Sequence record: NC_019711.1
DNA from: Escherichia phage HK629
DNA length: 47,288 bases
Direction: 5' to 3' (one strand)
Part shown: positions 34,267 through 42,076 of the stretch, in pieces
Layout: each line of letters begins with the position of its first letter
How positions within the stretch are numbered: position 1 is the stretch's first letter
Program-made: the position numbers and the translations under genes
Notes under the pieces: model-generated
The model's database searches: none
What the model was told of the DNA's origin: nothing
What the model saw: only the letters and a program-made list of their open reading frames with translations

Positions 34267-34296
34267 TTTTATTCCTGAAATAGCCTCTTCACCCCC

Positions 34297-34659
34297 TTAC
34301 TTTGTCAGGGGGATATCTCCTTCAGTTCTGACCATTCGCCTTAATACTTTCCTTAAGTCGATGTAAAGTTGAAGGTCTCCATTTGCTGCGGCATCAGCCA
34401 TTTTTTGCCTGACAAGCAGTAATGTTTCATACGGCTCAATAAGAATATCGTCATGAGTAATTAGGTGAAGCGTTGCCGCATCAACTATTCCTAGAGCTGC
34501 GCCAAGTATCAAAAATTCCCTGCTATTTTTGTCGCATGAGGAGATAAGCGTATTTAGCGCATACCTAATATTCTTTATAGCTGTTGTTAATGCTGCAATT
34601 TCTTCTATGGCGTCTTCTCCAATGAGCTTTTTAAGCTCATATTTTTCTTCCTGACCCAT
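34297..34659 (-). CDS. Hypothetical protein immediately downstream of N
   Basis: About 120 aa from ATG at 34659, GAGGT RBS, start 2 nt after the N stop. Confidence 0.6.
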   Translation of the reverse strand: MGQEEKYELKKLIGEDAIEEIAALTTAIKNIRYALNTLISSCDKNSREFLILGAALGIVDAATLHLITHDDILIEPYETLLLVRQKMADAAANGDLQLYIDLRKVLRRMVRTEGDIPLTK

Positions 34660-34661
34660 AA

Positions 34662-34934
34662 TTACCTCGCCGTCAGTTGTTTTGATTTCCGGTAGCCTGC
34701 CGCGTAAATGGCTACGTTTGGCAGGCAAATACTTCCACTGCATTCATCTGCCTTCTTGCAGCGAATGCTTCCGAGTGATGCTGCTTTATCTGCTCTGACG
34801 CAACCAGAGAGCTTTAGCGCAATTTTTCGCGCCAGTGCTTCATTACTGCGTCGCTCGGCAATAAGTTCTGCTCTGCGAGCTTTGTAGCGGCTTTTTGCCG
34901 TACCTTTGGATTCTTTCCAGACAATGGTTACCAT
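34662..34934 (-). CDS. N: N-type transcription antiterminator (P22 gene 24-like)
   Basis: 90 aa from ATG at 34934 with AAGGAG RBS; arginine-rich motif GTAKSRYKARRAELIAERR near the N-terminus; C-terminus ...YAAGYRKSKQLTAR resembles P22 gp24. Confidence 0.8.
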   Translation of the reverse strand: MVTIVWKESKGTAKSRYKARRAELIAERRSNEALARKIALKLSGCVRADKAASLGSIRCKKADECSGSICLPNVAIYAAGYRKSKQLTAR

Positions 34935-35045
34935 GATGGTCTCCTTTAAGTGGCTTTGGCGCATGACGCGTCGAGGTGCTTATCTTCTCGATCGCTGTCT
35001 TGCAGCTGCAATTCGCGCCATCCCCAAAACCACTCAAGTTCTGGT

Positions 35046-35085
35046 CTCAACGGTTAGGTTGAGAGTCCGTCGATGTTAAAGAGCC
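35046..35085 (-). promoter_or_regulatory. nutL (boxA GCTCTTTAACA, boxB hairpin)
   Basis: On the minus strand boxA GCTCTTTAACA (35085-35074) is followed by hairpin CTCAAC-CTAACC-GTTGAG (35063-35046), between PL and N. Confidence 0.65.
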
Positions 35086-35130
35086 TGCCAATCTGTTCCG
35101 TTTGGCTTCCAGCGTCCTGCTGATGGCTTA

Positions 35131-35184
35131 AATTTAAGACTTCTTAATTTATTGGTCAAGTGCATTTTTGAAGAAAACTTAATT
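35131..35184 (-). promoter_or_regulatory. PL promoter with two P22-type OL operators
   Basis: Minus-strand TTGACC (35159-35154), 17-bp spacer, TAAATT (35136-35131); 18-bp operators ATTTAAGACTTCTTAATT (35132-35149) and TTTGAAGAAAACTTAATT (35167-35184) fit ANTNAAGNNNNCTTNANT. Confidence 0.65.
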
Positions 35185-35228
35185 TTATGGGCGTGAATTT
35201 AGTTTGCCTTTGATTTTTAACGGGAAAT

Positions 35229-35249
35229 AAAAAAGGGGGCGAAAGCCCC
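35229..35249 (-). terminator. Intrinsic terminator directly after the repressor gene
   Basis: Minus-strand hairpin GGGGC-TTTC-GCCCC followed by TTTTTT, 1 nt after the c2 stop codon. Confidence 0.7.
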
Positions 35250-35900
35250 TTAAGGAAGGTTTGCTAGCTTGGCATCAACGACAACGCCAATGATTTTACA
35301 GTTCCCATTGATTTCAATCATTGGGTATTGTGGATTGAGTGGTTTCAGGAATTTTCTACCGGCATCAATAACTAACTTTTTGAATGTCGCCTCGTTTTCT
35401 CCTTCAAGTTTGGCGACTACCAGCTTTCCATTACGTGGTTCGACTTCTGGGTCGACGAGAATAATCATCCCCTCAGGAATACTCAGTCCTGCCGGGGCAG
35501 TCATTGAATCGCCTTTAACGTCGAGCCAAAAAGAGTCTTCAGAACAATCTACCGTTGTGTCGTACCAGTTATCTATTGCACGCCTATGATATGGCTCTAC
35601 AGCTTCCATCCAACATCCTGCGCTTACCCAACTAATTAGAGGATACGAACCTCTTGGATCATGCCTGCTGTGATAGGCAATGTTTGAAAGACTATCCTCT
35701 CCTTTCAACAGGTAATCAGGGGAGCACTGCAAAGCCTTGGCTAAGGCCAATAGGTTTTCGCCATTGGGCTCAGTTTCAGATCGCTCCCATTGGGAAATAG
35801 CAACATTAGACACGCCAACCATCTTGCCAAGGGCAGCCTGCCTAATCTTGAGTTCTTTTCTGCGAGCGCGAATACGCTCACCCATCAGTTGTGTATTCAT
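35250..35900 (-). CDS. c2: Prophage repressor, P22 C2-like (HTH plus S24 LexA-like peptidase domain)
   Basis: 216-aa ORF MNTQLMGERIRARRKELKIRQAALGKMVGVSNVAISQWER...GDSM...K; closely resembles P22 C2 as I remember it. Confidence 0.92.
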   Translation of the reverse strand: MNTQLMGERIRARRKELKIRQAALGKMVGVSNVAISQWERSETEPNGENLLALAKALQCSPDYLLKGEDSLSNIAYHSRHDPRGSYPLISWVSAGCWMEAVEPYHRRAIDNWYDTTVDCSEDSFWLDVKGDSMTAPAGLSIPEGMIILVDPEVEPRNGKLVVAKLEGENEATFKKLVIDAGRKFLKPLNPQYPMIEINGNCKIIGVVVDAKLANLP

Positions 35901-35966
35901 AGTTAAGACATCTTAAATAAACTTGACTTAAGATTCCTTTGGTGGATAATTTAAGTGTTCTTTAAT
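35901..35966. promoter_or_regulatory. OR operators (three) with PR promoter
   Basis: Three 18-bp sites fitting ANTNAAGNNNNCTTNANT: AGTTAAGACATCTTAAAT (35901-35918), ACTTAAGATTCCTTTGGT (35926-35943), ATTTAAGTGTTCTTTAAT (35949-35966); PR -35 TTGACT 35923-35928 and -10 GATAAT 35945-35950. Confidence 0.75.
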
Positions 35967-35980
35967 TTCGGAGCGAGTCT

Positions 35981-36166
35981 ATGTACAAAAAAGATGTTAT
36001 TGACCACTTCGGAACCCAGCGTGCTGTTGCTAAAGCACTAGGCATTAGCGATGCAGCAGTCTCTCAGTGGAAAGAAGTTATCCCAGAGAAAGACGCCTAT
36101 CGATTGGAAATCGTTACAGCTGGCGCCCTGAAGTATCAAGAAAGTGCTTACCGCCAAGCGGCATAA
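35981..36166 (+). CDS. cro: Cro repressor, P22 Cro-like
   Basis: 61-aa ORF MYKKDVIDHFGTQRAVAKALGISDAAVSQWKEVIPEKDAYRLEIVTAGALKYQESAYRQAA. Confidence 0.92.
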   Translation: MYKKDVIDHFGTQRAVAKALGISDAAVSQWKEVIPEKDAYRLEIVTAGALKYQESAYRQAA

Positions 36167-36173
36167 GCAAATT

Positions 36174-36213
36174 GCTCTTTAACAGTTCTGGCCTTTCACC
36201 TCTAACAGGGTGA
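36174..36213 (+). promoter_or_regulatory. nutR (boxA GCTCTTTAACA, boxB hairpin)
   Basis: boxA 36174-36184 followed by hairpin TCACC-TCTAACAG-GGTGA at 36196-36213, between cro and the cII-like gene. Confidence 0.65.
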
Positions 36214-36281
36214 GCAAACATCAGCGGCAAATCCATTGGGTGTGCCGCTATAACTCAATATCAATATAGGAAAATTAACAA

Positions 36282-36578
36282 ATGGCACAAGCAAGCTACA
36301 GCAAGCCAACACAGCGCGATGTTGATCGCGCAGAAACAGATTTACTTATCAACCTGTCAACGCTTACCCAGCGCGGTCTGGCAAAGATGATTGGCTGTCA
36401 TGAATCGAAGATAAGCAGAACGGACTGGCGGTTTATTGCTTCGGTCTTGTGTGCTTTCGGAATGGCATCAGACATCAGTCCGATTAGCAGGGCTTTTAAG
36501 TATGCGCTTGATGGACTCACCAATAAAAAACGCCCGGAGGCAACCGAGCGTTCTGAACAAATCCAGATGGAATTCTGA
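36282..36578 (+). CDS. cII: CII-type transcriptional activator
   Basis: 98-aa ORF with HTH and C-terminus ...TNKKRPEATERSEQIQMEF nearly identical to the lambda CII C-terminus; N-terminal half divergent. Confidence 0.85.
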   Translation: MAQASYSKPTQRDVDRAETDLLINLSTLTQRGLAKMIGCHESKISRTDWRFIASVLCAFGMASDISPISRAFKYALDGLTNKKRPEATERSEQIQMEF

Positions 36579-36601
36579 GGTCATTACTGGATCAATCCAC
36601 A
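36525..36601 (-). ncRNA. oop: oop-like antisense RNA overlapping the cII 3' end
   Basis: Minus-strand terminator CGCUCGG-UUGCCU-CCGGGCG plus U6 (36550-36525) in the same place as the lambda oop terminator; 5' end placed by analogy to the 77-nt lambda oop. Confidence 0.45.
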
Positions 36602-36610
36602 GGAGTAATT

Positions 36611-36772
36611 ATGACAAAACGTCGTAAGAAATACCAGGAAAAAGAAGAGATTCGACACCCTGATTCACCTGAGGGATTAGTGGTAGCCGCAGCAAATAAC
36701 AGGGCGTTCGCAGAGCGCCTTGTTGGTGTTTACAGACTAGCCAAAGCAGGAGTGAAACATGGGCGTCGTTAA
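36611..36772 (+). CDS. Small basic protein between cII and the O-like gene
   Basis: 53-aa ORF (MTKRRKKYQEKEEIRHPD...) with AGGAGT 5 nt upstream of the ATG; absent from the supplied ORF track (below its size cutoff). Confidence 0.45.
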   Translation: MTKRRKKYQEKEEIRHPDSPEGLVVAAANNRAFAERLVGVYRLAKAGVKHGRR

Positions 36773-36821
36773 GTTAGCTGATTACAGGCATAACCCTGTA
36801 CAACATCAGGAGGCATCCAGT

Positions 36822-37649
36822 ATGGGGTATGTCTCTATACACCGCCAGTTTATGGACAGCAGGCTCTATAAGGACTCTCAGGCAGTACATCTTTGGCTTC
36901 ACTTAATCCTCAAGGCTAATCACGAATCTACTGTCGTCAATACGGATATCGGTCCGATAACTGTTGATCGCGGTCAGATGATAACTGGACGCCCGTCGCT
37001 GGTCAGAGAAACATTCATTCCAGACAACAAAGTTCGGAGCTTATTACGGACTTTTGAGTCGAAAGGGATGCTTAATATTTGCTCGATGGGGAAGAAATTT
37101 AGCCTGTTTACAATCGTTAAATATGACGATTTTCAGGCAAAAAATTGTCCAACGGTTGTCCAACGGTTGTCCAACGCAAACACCAGTAATGGCGCGTCTC
37201 TCAGCGGAGATTGTCCAACGGTTGTCCAACGGTTGTCCATAAACAATAATATAAATAATATCTCTAATACTGACGTATTAGAGAGTGCCACAGCAGACAA
37301 AAAGTCTGACAAGAAAAAACCTTCCGTTAGCTGTCAGGATGTTGTCGATGCTTACCACGAAATCCTTCCTGAAGCGCCAAGAATCCGCGCACTGAATGAC
37401 AAGCGTAAAAACCAGATCCGAACGTTCTGGCGCAAAGCCGGAGTGATAACCCGCCAGCTTGACGGGCATGGGTTCACGATGCAGGACTGGAGAAATTATT
37501 TGAGCTACGTAGGCGAAAATTGCCGATGGATGTTCGAAGAGCGTCCAAACCATCAACGCGGAACCGTCTGGCACAAAAAGGGATTTGATTTCCTGCTTAA
37601 CGACAATACCTACCTGAAAGTTCGTGAGGGTGAACACGATGACCGATAA
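36822..37649 (+). CDS. Replication initiator (O-like, P22 gene 18-like) with internal origin
   Basis: 275 aa from ATG at 36822 (AGGAGG 8 nt upstream); iteron array and AT-rich stretch inside the coding sequence, as for ori-lambda in O; stop overlaps the helicase start. Confidence 0.8.
   Translation: MGYVSIHRQFMDSRLYKDSQAVHLWLHLILKANHESTVVNTDIGPITVDRGQMITGRPSLVRETFIPDNKVRSLLRTFESKGMLNICSMGKKFSLFTIVKYDDFQAKNCPTVVQRLSNANTSNGASLSGDCPTVVQRLSINNNINNISNTDVLESATADKKSDKKKPSVSCQDVVDAYHEILPEAPRIRALNDKRKNQIRTFWRKAGVITRQLDGHGFTMQDWRNYLSYVGENCRWMFEERPNHQRGTVWHKKGFDFLLNDNTYLKVREGEHDDR
37145..37270. repeat. Replication origin iterons (TTGTCCAACGG, 3 + 3 copies) plus AT-rich region
   Basis: TTGTCCAACGG at 37145, 37156, 37167 (last base C) and again at 37211, 37222, 37233 (partial), followed by AATAATATAAATAATATC. 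Confidence 0.8.
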
Positions 37650-39075
37650 TTTTTATGCGCCGCCCCATAGCATCGAGGCAGAGCAGGCGGTGATTGGTGG
37701 ATTGCTTCTGGATGATGACAGCAGTGAGCGCGTCCAGAAAGTTCTGGCGATGCTGAAGCCTGACTCATTTTACAGCCGGCCACACAAAATCCTTTTCGAA
37801 GAAATAACCAGAATGCACCGGGAGCAAAAGCCAGTAGATGGCCTGACGCTTTTCGATGAACTGGAGCGTAAATCGTTAACGGCGTCTGTTGGCGGTTTTG
37901 CTTATATCGCTGAGATCGCAAAGAACACGCCAAGCGCAGCAAACATCGTTGCTTATGCAATGCAGGTTCGCGAAACCGCAATGGAACGCTACGCCATCAA
38001 CCGCATGACTGAAGCGACGGAATTGCTCTATTCCCGCAACGGAATGACTGCAACACAGAAGTACGAAGCTATTCAGTCGATTTTCACGCAACTGACAGAC
38101 CATGCAAAAACCGGATCGCGTCGCGGCCTTCGCTCATTTGGTGAGGTCATGGAAGACTGGGTTAGCGACCTTGAGAAGCGATTTGACCCGTCAGGCGAAC
38201 AACGAGGAATGAGCACAGGGATCCCATCGCTGGACAGGATGCTGTCACCGAAAGGTCTGGTGAAAGGCTCTCTGTTTGTCATTGGCGCTCGCCCTAAGAT
38301 GGGGAAAACGACGCTATACAGCCAGATGGCAATCAACTGCGCAGTGCATGAGAAAAAGCCCGCTCTGATGTTCAGCCTTGAAATGCCCGGTGACCAGATA
38401 CTGGAAAAACTGGTAGGACAGAAGTCAGGTGTTAACCCGAATATTTTTTACCTTCCGGCGACAAATGACGCTGATGACGGATATCAGGGTGATTACGATG
38501 GTGACTTCAACAGGGCGATCGAAACAGCTAATCGCTTGAGTGAAATCGACATGCTTTACATCGACGACACGCCGGGATTATCTCTGGCTCAAATCGTCAG
38601 CGAAAGCCGTCGAATCAAGCGAGAAAAAGGATGTGTTGGCATGATTCTGGTCGATTACCTGACACTAATGACCGCTGAGAAGGCCGATCGCAACGACCTT
38701 GCTTACGGCATGATCACCAAAGGACTGAAGAACCTTGCCAAAGAGCTTGATTGCGTTGTTGTGCTTCTGACGCAGCTTAACCGCGCACTGGAAAGCAGAA
38801 CCAATAAACGCCCATTACCAAGTGACTCACGAGATACAGGGCAGATTGAACAGGATTGCGATTATTGGGTGGGGATCCATCGTGAAGGCGCTTTTGATGA
38901 CAGTGTTCCACCTGGTGAAACTGAACTAATCCTTCGTCTCAATCGTCATGGCAATACCGGCACGGTGTATTGCATTCAGGCAAATGGCGCTATTTATGAC
39001 ACCGACCAACAGTCTGCTGAAATGCGCCGCCGTGAACGCGAGGAACCGCAGTCCAAGAAGAAAGGAGGATTCTGA
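37639..39075 (+). CDS. DnaB-type replicative helicase (P22 gene 12-like)
   Basis: 478 aa from ATG at 37639; DnaB N-terminal domain (HSIEAEQAVIGGLLLD) and RecA-like core with Walker A GARPKMGKT; replaces lambda P. Confidence 0.88.
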   Translation: MTDNFYAPPHSIEAEQAVIGGLLLDDDSSERVQKVLAMLKPDSFYSRPHKILFEEITRMHREQKPVDGLTLFDELERKSLTASVGGFAYIAEIAKNTPSAANIVAYAMQVRETAMERYAINRMTEATELLYSRNGMTATQKYEAIQSIFTQLTDHAKTGSRRGLRSFGEVMEDWVSDLEKRFDPSGEQRGMSTGIPSLDRMLSPKGLVKGSLFVIGARPKMGKTTLYSQMAINCAVHEKKPALMFSLEMPGDQILEKLVGQKSGVNPNIFYLPATNDADDGYQGDYDGDFNRAIETANRLSEIDMLYIDDTPGLSLAQIVSESRRIKREKGCVGMILVDYLTLMTAEKADRNDLAYGMITKGLKNLAKELDCVVVLLTQLNRALESRTNKRPLPSDSRDTGQIEQDCDYWVGIHREGAFDDSVPPGETELILRLNRHGNTGTVYCIQANGAIYDTDQQSAEMRRREREEPQSKKKGGF

Positions 39076-39150
39076 TGACCATCTACATCACTGAGCTAAT
39101 AACAGGCCTGCTGGTAATCGCAGGCCTTTTTATTTGGGGGAGAGTAAATC

Positions 39151-39357
39151 GTGGCTGAGTTGATTTTCTCTGCATTGAGGATTCTCGGTGCTATGTGGAT
39201 GGTGGCGACGTTCATTGTGGTTGCCAGCAGTTTTGTCCGGTTGGTAGGCGAAGGTAAAGACCTGGTTGGTGTGCTTTTCGGTAGCATTTTTCTGTGGGTG
39301 ATTATCGGTGTTATGCCTGTCGCTGTAGCAAAAATGGCGTGGCGTTTTGTTAGTTGA
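39151..39357 (+). CDS. Small hydrophobic membrane protein
   Basis: 68-aa ORF, GTG start, two predicted transmembrane segments. Confidence 0.45.
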   Translation: MAELIFSALRILGAMWMVATFIVVASSFVRLVGEGKDLVGVLFGSIFLWVIIGVMPVAVAKMAWRFVS

Positions 39358-39364
39358 GGTGACA

Positions 39365-39775
39365 ATGAAGCAAACAATCTTCCTCCGAACTAAGCAACAA
39401 CAGCAAGCTGCAATAAATGCCATCCTCGCAACACCACTCGATAAAGACAAGCCAGTCACCATCCGCATTACTGACTACAAGCGCAACCTTGACCAGAACG
39501 CAAAATTTCACGTGATGCTGGCGGATATCGCTCGTCAGGTTCAATGGTGCGGCAAATGGTTAAAACCGGAACAATGGAAGGTTTTGTTGATCAGCGGTCA
39601 TGCAGTGGCTACAAAGCAGGAAGCTGATGTTTTGCCCGGCCTTGAAGGCGAATACGTCAACATTCGCGAAAGCAGCGCGCAGATGAGCGTGAAGCGCATG
39701 GCAAGCCTGATTGAGTACACGACAGCATGGGCTATTGGTCAGGGTGTCAGATTTACCGACAGGAGGTACGAATGA
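39365..39775 (+). CDS. ninB: NinB-like recombination protein
   Basis: 136 aa from [21 protein letters not shown]; conserved core ...[27 protein letters not shown] resembles lambda NinB (Orf). Confidence 0.8.
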   Translation: MKQTIFLRTKQQQQAAINAILATPLDKDKPVTIRITDYKRNLDQNAKFHVMLADIARQVQWCGKWLKPEQWKVLLISGHAVATKQEADVLPGLEGEYVNIRESSAQMSVKRMASLIEYTTAWAIGQGVRFTDRRYE

Positions 39776-39948
39776 GACGACAGCGACGAAGTTTCACCGA
39801 CATCATCTGCGAAAACTGCAAATACCTTCCAACGAAGCGCTCCAGAAATAAACGCAAGCCAATCCCAAAAGAATCTGACGTAAAAACCTTCAACTACACG
39901 GCTCACCTGTGGGATATCCGGTGGCTAAGACATCGTGCGAGGAAATGA
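39772..39948 (+). CDS. ninE: NinE-like protein
   Basis: 58 aa [23 protein letters not shown]...[12 protein letters not shown]; AGGAGG RBS; ATGA overlap with ninB. Confidence 0.75.
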   Translation: MRRQRRSFTDIICENCKYLPTKRSRNKRKPIPKESDVKTFNYTAHLWDIRWLRHRARK

Positions 39949-40352
39949 CAATGCTTTTAATTCAACCTGGATTTGGCCTTAGCATCAAAAAAGGGCACAT
40001 GTTTGGCGAGAAAGAGTCTCAACGAAAAATGGTGTCTATCCAGTTGCCATTTATCAGTATTTTATGGCTAAACAGGGAGGCAACAAATTATTGGTATACA
40101 TGCGCCAGAGCAGCATTTAACGACCCTGACTGGTTTGTGGAAAACCACCACGCAGTTCGTCAGGCAAAGAGAAAGGCCAATACGACATACATGAAGGCGT
40201 ATCGAAAAGCATGGAAAGAACACCGCGATCGATACCAACAAGACATGGAAAAACTTGAATCAGAAAACATGGAATTAAGACGAAAGCTTGGTGAAGCAAA
40301 ACGAGACATTGATGCTTACAAGCGACTTTTTAATGGTGAAAGCCATGCTTAG
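39945..40352 (+). CDS. Hypothetical protein between ninE and ninF
   Basis: About 135 aa from ATG at 39945 (ATGA overlap with ninE stop); C-terminal coiled coil; no recognisable motif. Confidence 0.5.
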   Translation: MTMLLIQPGFGLSIKKGHMFGEKESQRKMVSIQLPFISILWLNREATNYWYTCARAAFNDPDWFVENHHAVRQAKRKANTTYMKAYRKAWKEHRDRYQQDMEKLESENMELRRKLGEAKRDIDAYKRLFNGESHA

Positions 40353-40521
40353 CCCATCCCAATACATTCAATACCAGAAAGAAAGCGTCGAGCGGGCTTT
40401 AACGTGCGCTAACTGCGGTCAGAAGCTGCATGTGCTGGAAGTTCACGTGTGTGAGCACTGCTGCGCAGAACTGATGAGCGATCCGAATAGCTCAATGTAC
40501 GAGGAAGAAGACGATGAGTGA
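40345..40521 (+). CDS. ninF: NinF-like protein
   Basis: 58 aa [58 protein letters not shown], near-identical to lambda NinF as remembered. Confidence 0.85.
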   Translation: MLSPSQYIQYQKESVERALTCANCGQKLHVLEVHVCEHCCAELMSDPNSSMYEEEDDE

Positions 40522-41236
40522 GTTAATAAATGGCAATGCCATCAAAATGACAAGCATTGAAATCGCTGAGTTGGTGGGAAGTCGTCATGACAAGGTGAAA
40601 CAATCTATTGAACGACTGGCGGCTCGAGGTGTGATCCGAAATCCCCCAATGGTGGTTTTCGAAAAAATCAATAACTTAGGATTACTTCGTGGCGTAGAGG
40701 CTTACGTTTTTGAGGGCGAACAAGGTAAGCGAGACAGCATTATTGTCGTCGCTCAGTTGTCGCCGGAATTCACCGCTCGTCTTGTTGACCGTTGGCGAGA
40801 GCTTGAAGGGGCAACCGCGAAAATCCCACAAACCTTCTCTGAAGCATTGCGCCTCGCGGCTGACCTTGAAGACCAGAAGGCTGAACTGGAGAAACAGCTT
40901 GCTCTCGCAGCACCTAAAGTTGATTTTGCCGATCGCGTTGGCGAGGCCAGCGGAATTTTGATTGGAAACTTTGCAAAGGTTGTTGGAATTGGTCCAAACA
41001 AACTGTTTGCGTGGATGCGCGATCACAAAATCCTTATTGCTTCAGGTTCCCGGCGCAATGTGCCAATGCAGGAATATATGGATCGCGGCTATTTCACAGT
41101 GAAAGAAACAGCGGTCAACACAAATCACGGAATACAGATATCGTTCACCACAAAAATCACCGGGCGTGGTCAACAGTGGCTGATCAGAAAGCTGCTCGAT
41201 AACGGAATGCTGAAAGTAACAGGTGAGGCTGCTTAA
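40514..41236 (+). CDS. Antirepressor-like protein (Rha-type N-terminus, KilA-C/ANT-type C-terminus)
   Basis: 240-aa ORF; N-terminal IKMTSIEIAELVGSRHDKVKQSIERL resembles Rha regulators; C-terminal FAKVVGIGPNKLFAWMRDHKIL resembles antirepressor C-domains. Confidence 0.7.
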   Translation: MSELINGNAIKMTSIEIAELVGSRHDKVKQSIERLAARGVIRNPPMVVFEKINNLGLLRGVEAYVFEGEQGKRDSIIVVAQLSPEFTARLVDRWRELEGATAKIPQTFSEALRLAADLEDQKAELEKQLALAAPKVDFADRVGEASGILIGNFAKVVGIGPNKLFAWMRDHKILIASGSRRNVPMQEYMDRGYFTVKETAVNTNHGIQISFTTKITGRGQQWLIRKLLDNGMLKVTGEAA

Positions 41237-41526
41237 TGGCTAACCTACGCAAAGAAGCACGCGGCAGAGAATGTCAGGTACGTATTTACGGCGTATGCAA
41301 TGGCAATCCTGAAACTACAGTTCTGGCACATTACCGGATGGCTGGAATTTGCGGAACGGGAATGAAACCTGACGACCTGATCGGCGCATGGGCTTGTAGT
41401 GACTGCCACGCGGAGATCGACCGGCGCACCCATAACCTCGACAACAAAGACGCCAGACTTTACCACCTCGAAGGCGTGATCAGGACGCAGGCGATACTGC
41501 TGAAGGAGGGGAAGATTAAGTCATGA
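41236..41526 (+). CDS. YbcO-like DUF1364 protein
   Basis: 96-aa ORF MANLRKEARGRECQVRIYGVCNGNPETTVLAH...CSDCH, resembles DLP12 YbcO. Confidence 0.75.
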   Translation: MANLRKEARGRECQVRIYGVCNGNPETTVLAHYRMAGICGTGMKPDDLIGAWACSDCHAEIDRRTHNLDNKDARLYHLEGVIRTQAILLKEGKIKS

Positions 41527-41885
41527 ACGAATATCAGTTTGTGCTTCCGTACCCACCGTCGCTGAATACCTACTGGCGAAGAAGGGGAAGCCAATACTAC
41601 ATCAGCGATAAAGGCCAGAAATACCGAAAAGACGTTCAGCAAATCATCCGCCAACTTAAGTTAGACATTTTCACCAAATCACGACTCCGTATCAAAGTCA
41701 TCGCAGACGTTCCAGACTCCCGCCGCCGCGACCTCGACAACATCCTGAAAGGTTTACTCGACTCCCTTATCCACGCCGGATTTGCGGAAGACGACGAGCA
41801 ATTCGATGACATTCGCGTAATTCGTGGTGTGAAAGTACCAGGCGGACGGCTTGGAATAAAAATCACCGAACTGGAGAACGTATGA
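41523..41885 (+). CDS. rusA: RusA Holliday junction resolvase
   Basis: 120-aa ORF with conserved RRRDLDN motif and G(F/W)xxDDxQ pattern typical of RusA. Confidence 0.85.
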   Translation: MNEYQFVLPYPPSLNTYWRRRGSQYYISDKGQKYRKDVQQIIRQLKLDIFTKSRLRIKVIADVPDSRRRDLDNILKGLLDSLIHAGFAEDDEQFDDIRVIRGVKVPGGRLGIKITELENV

Positions 41886-42076
41886 ACGCCACAATTCAAA
41901 CGATACCAGAACTGCTTATCCAGACACGAGGCAATCAGACCGAAGTGGCGAGGATGCTTTCCTGCGCAAGAGGAACAGTGCTCAAGTACAACCGAGACAG
42001 CAAAGGCGAGCGTCACGTAATAGTTAACGGCGTCCTGATGGTCAAACAGGGCAAGAGGGGAAGACGATGGGCATAA
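41882..42076 (+). CDS. ninH: NinH-like protein
   Basis: 64-aa ORF with GNQTEVARMLSCARGTVLKY matching the NinH HTH-like core. Confidence 0.75.
   Translation: MNATIQTIPELLIQTRGNQTEVARMLSCARGTVLKYNRDSKGERHVIVNGVLMVKQGKRGRRWA

Noticed and set aside
37145-37243. Tandem TTGTCCAACGG repeats as a possible CRISPR array or transposon end
   Set aside because: Repeats are 11 bp, contiguous and inside the initiator gene next to an AT-rich stretch: replication-origin iterons, not CRISPR repeats or IS ends.
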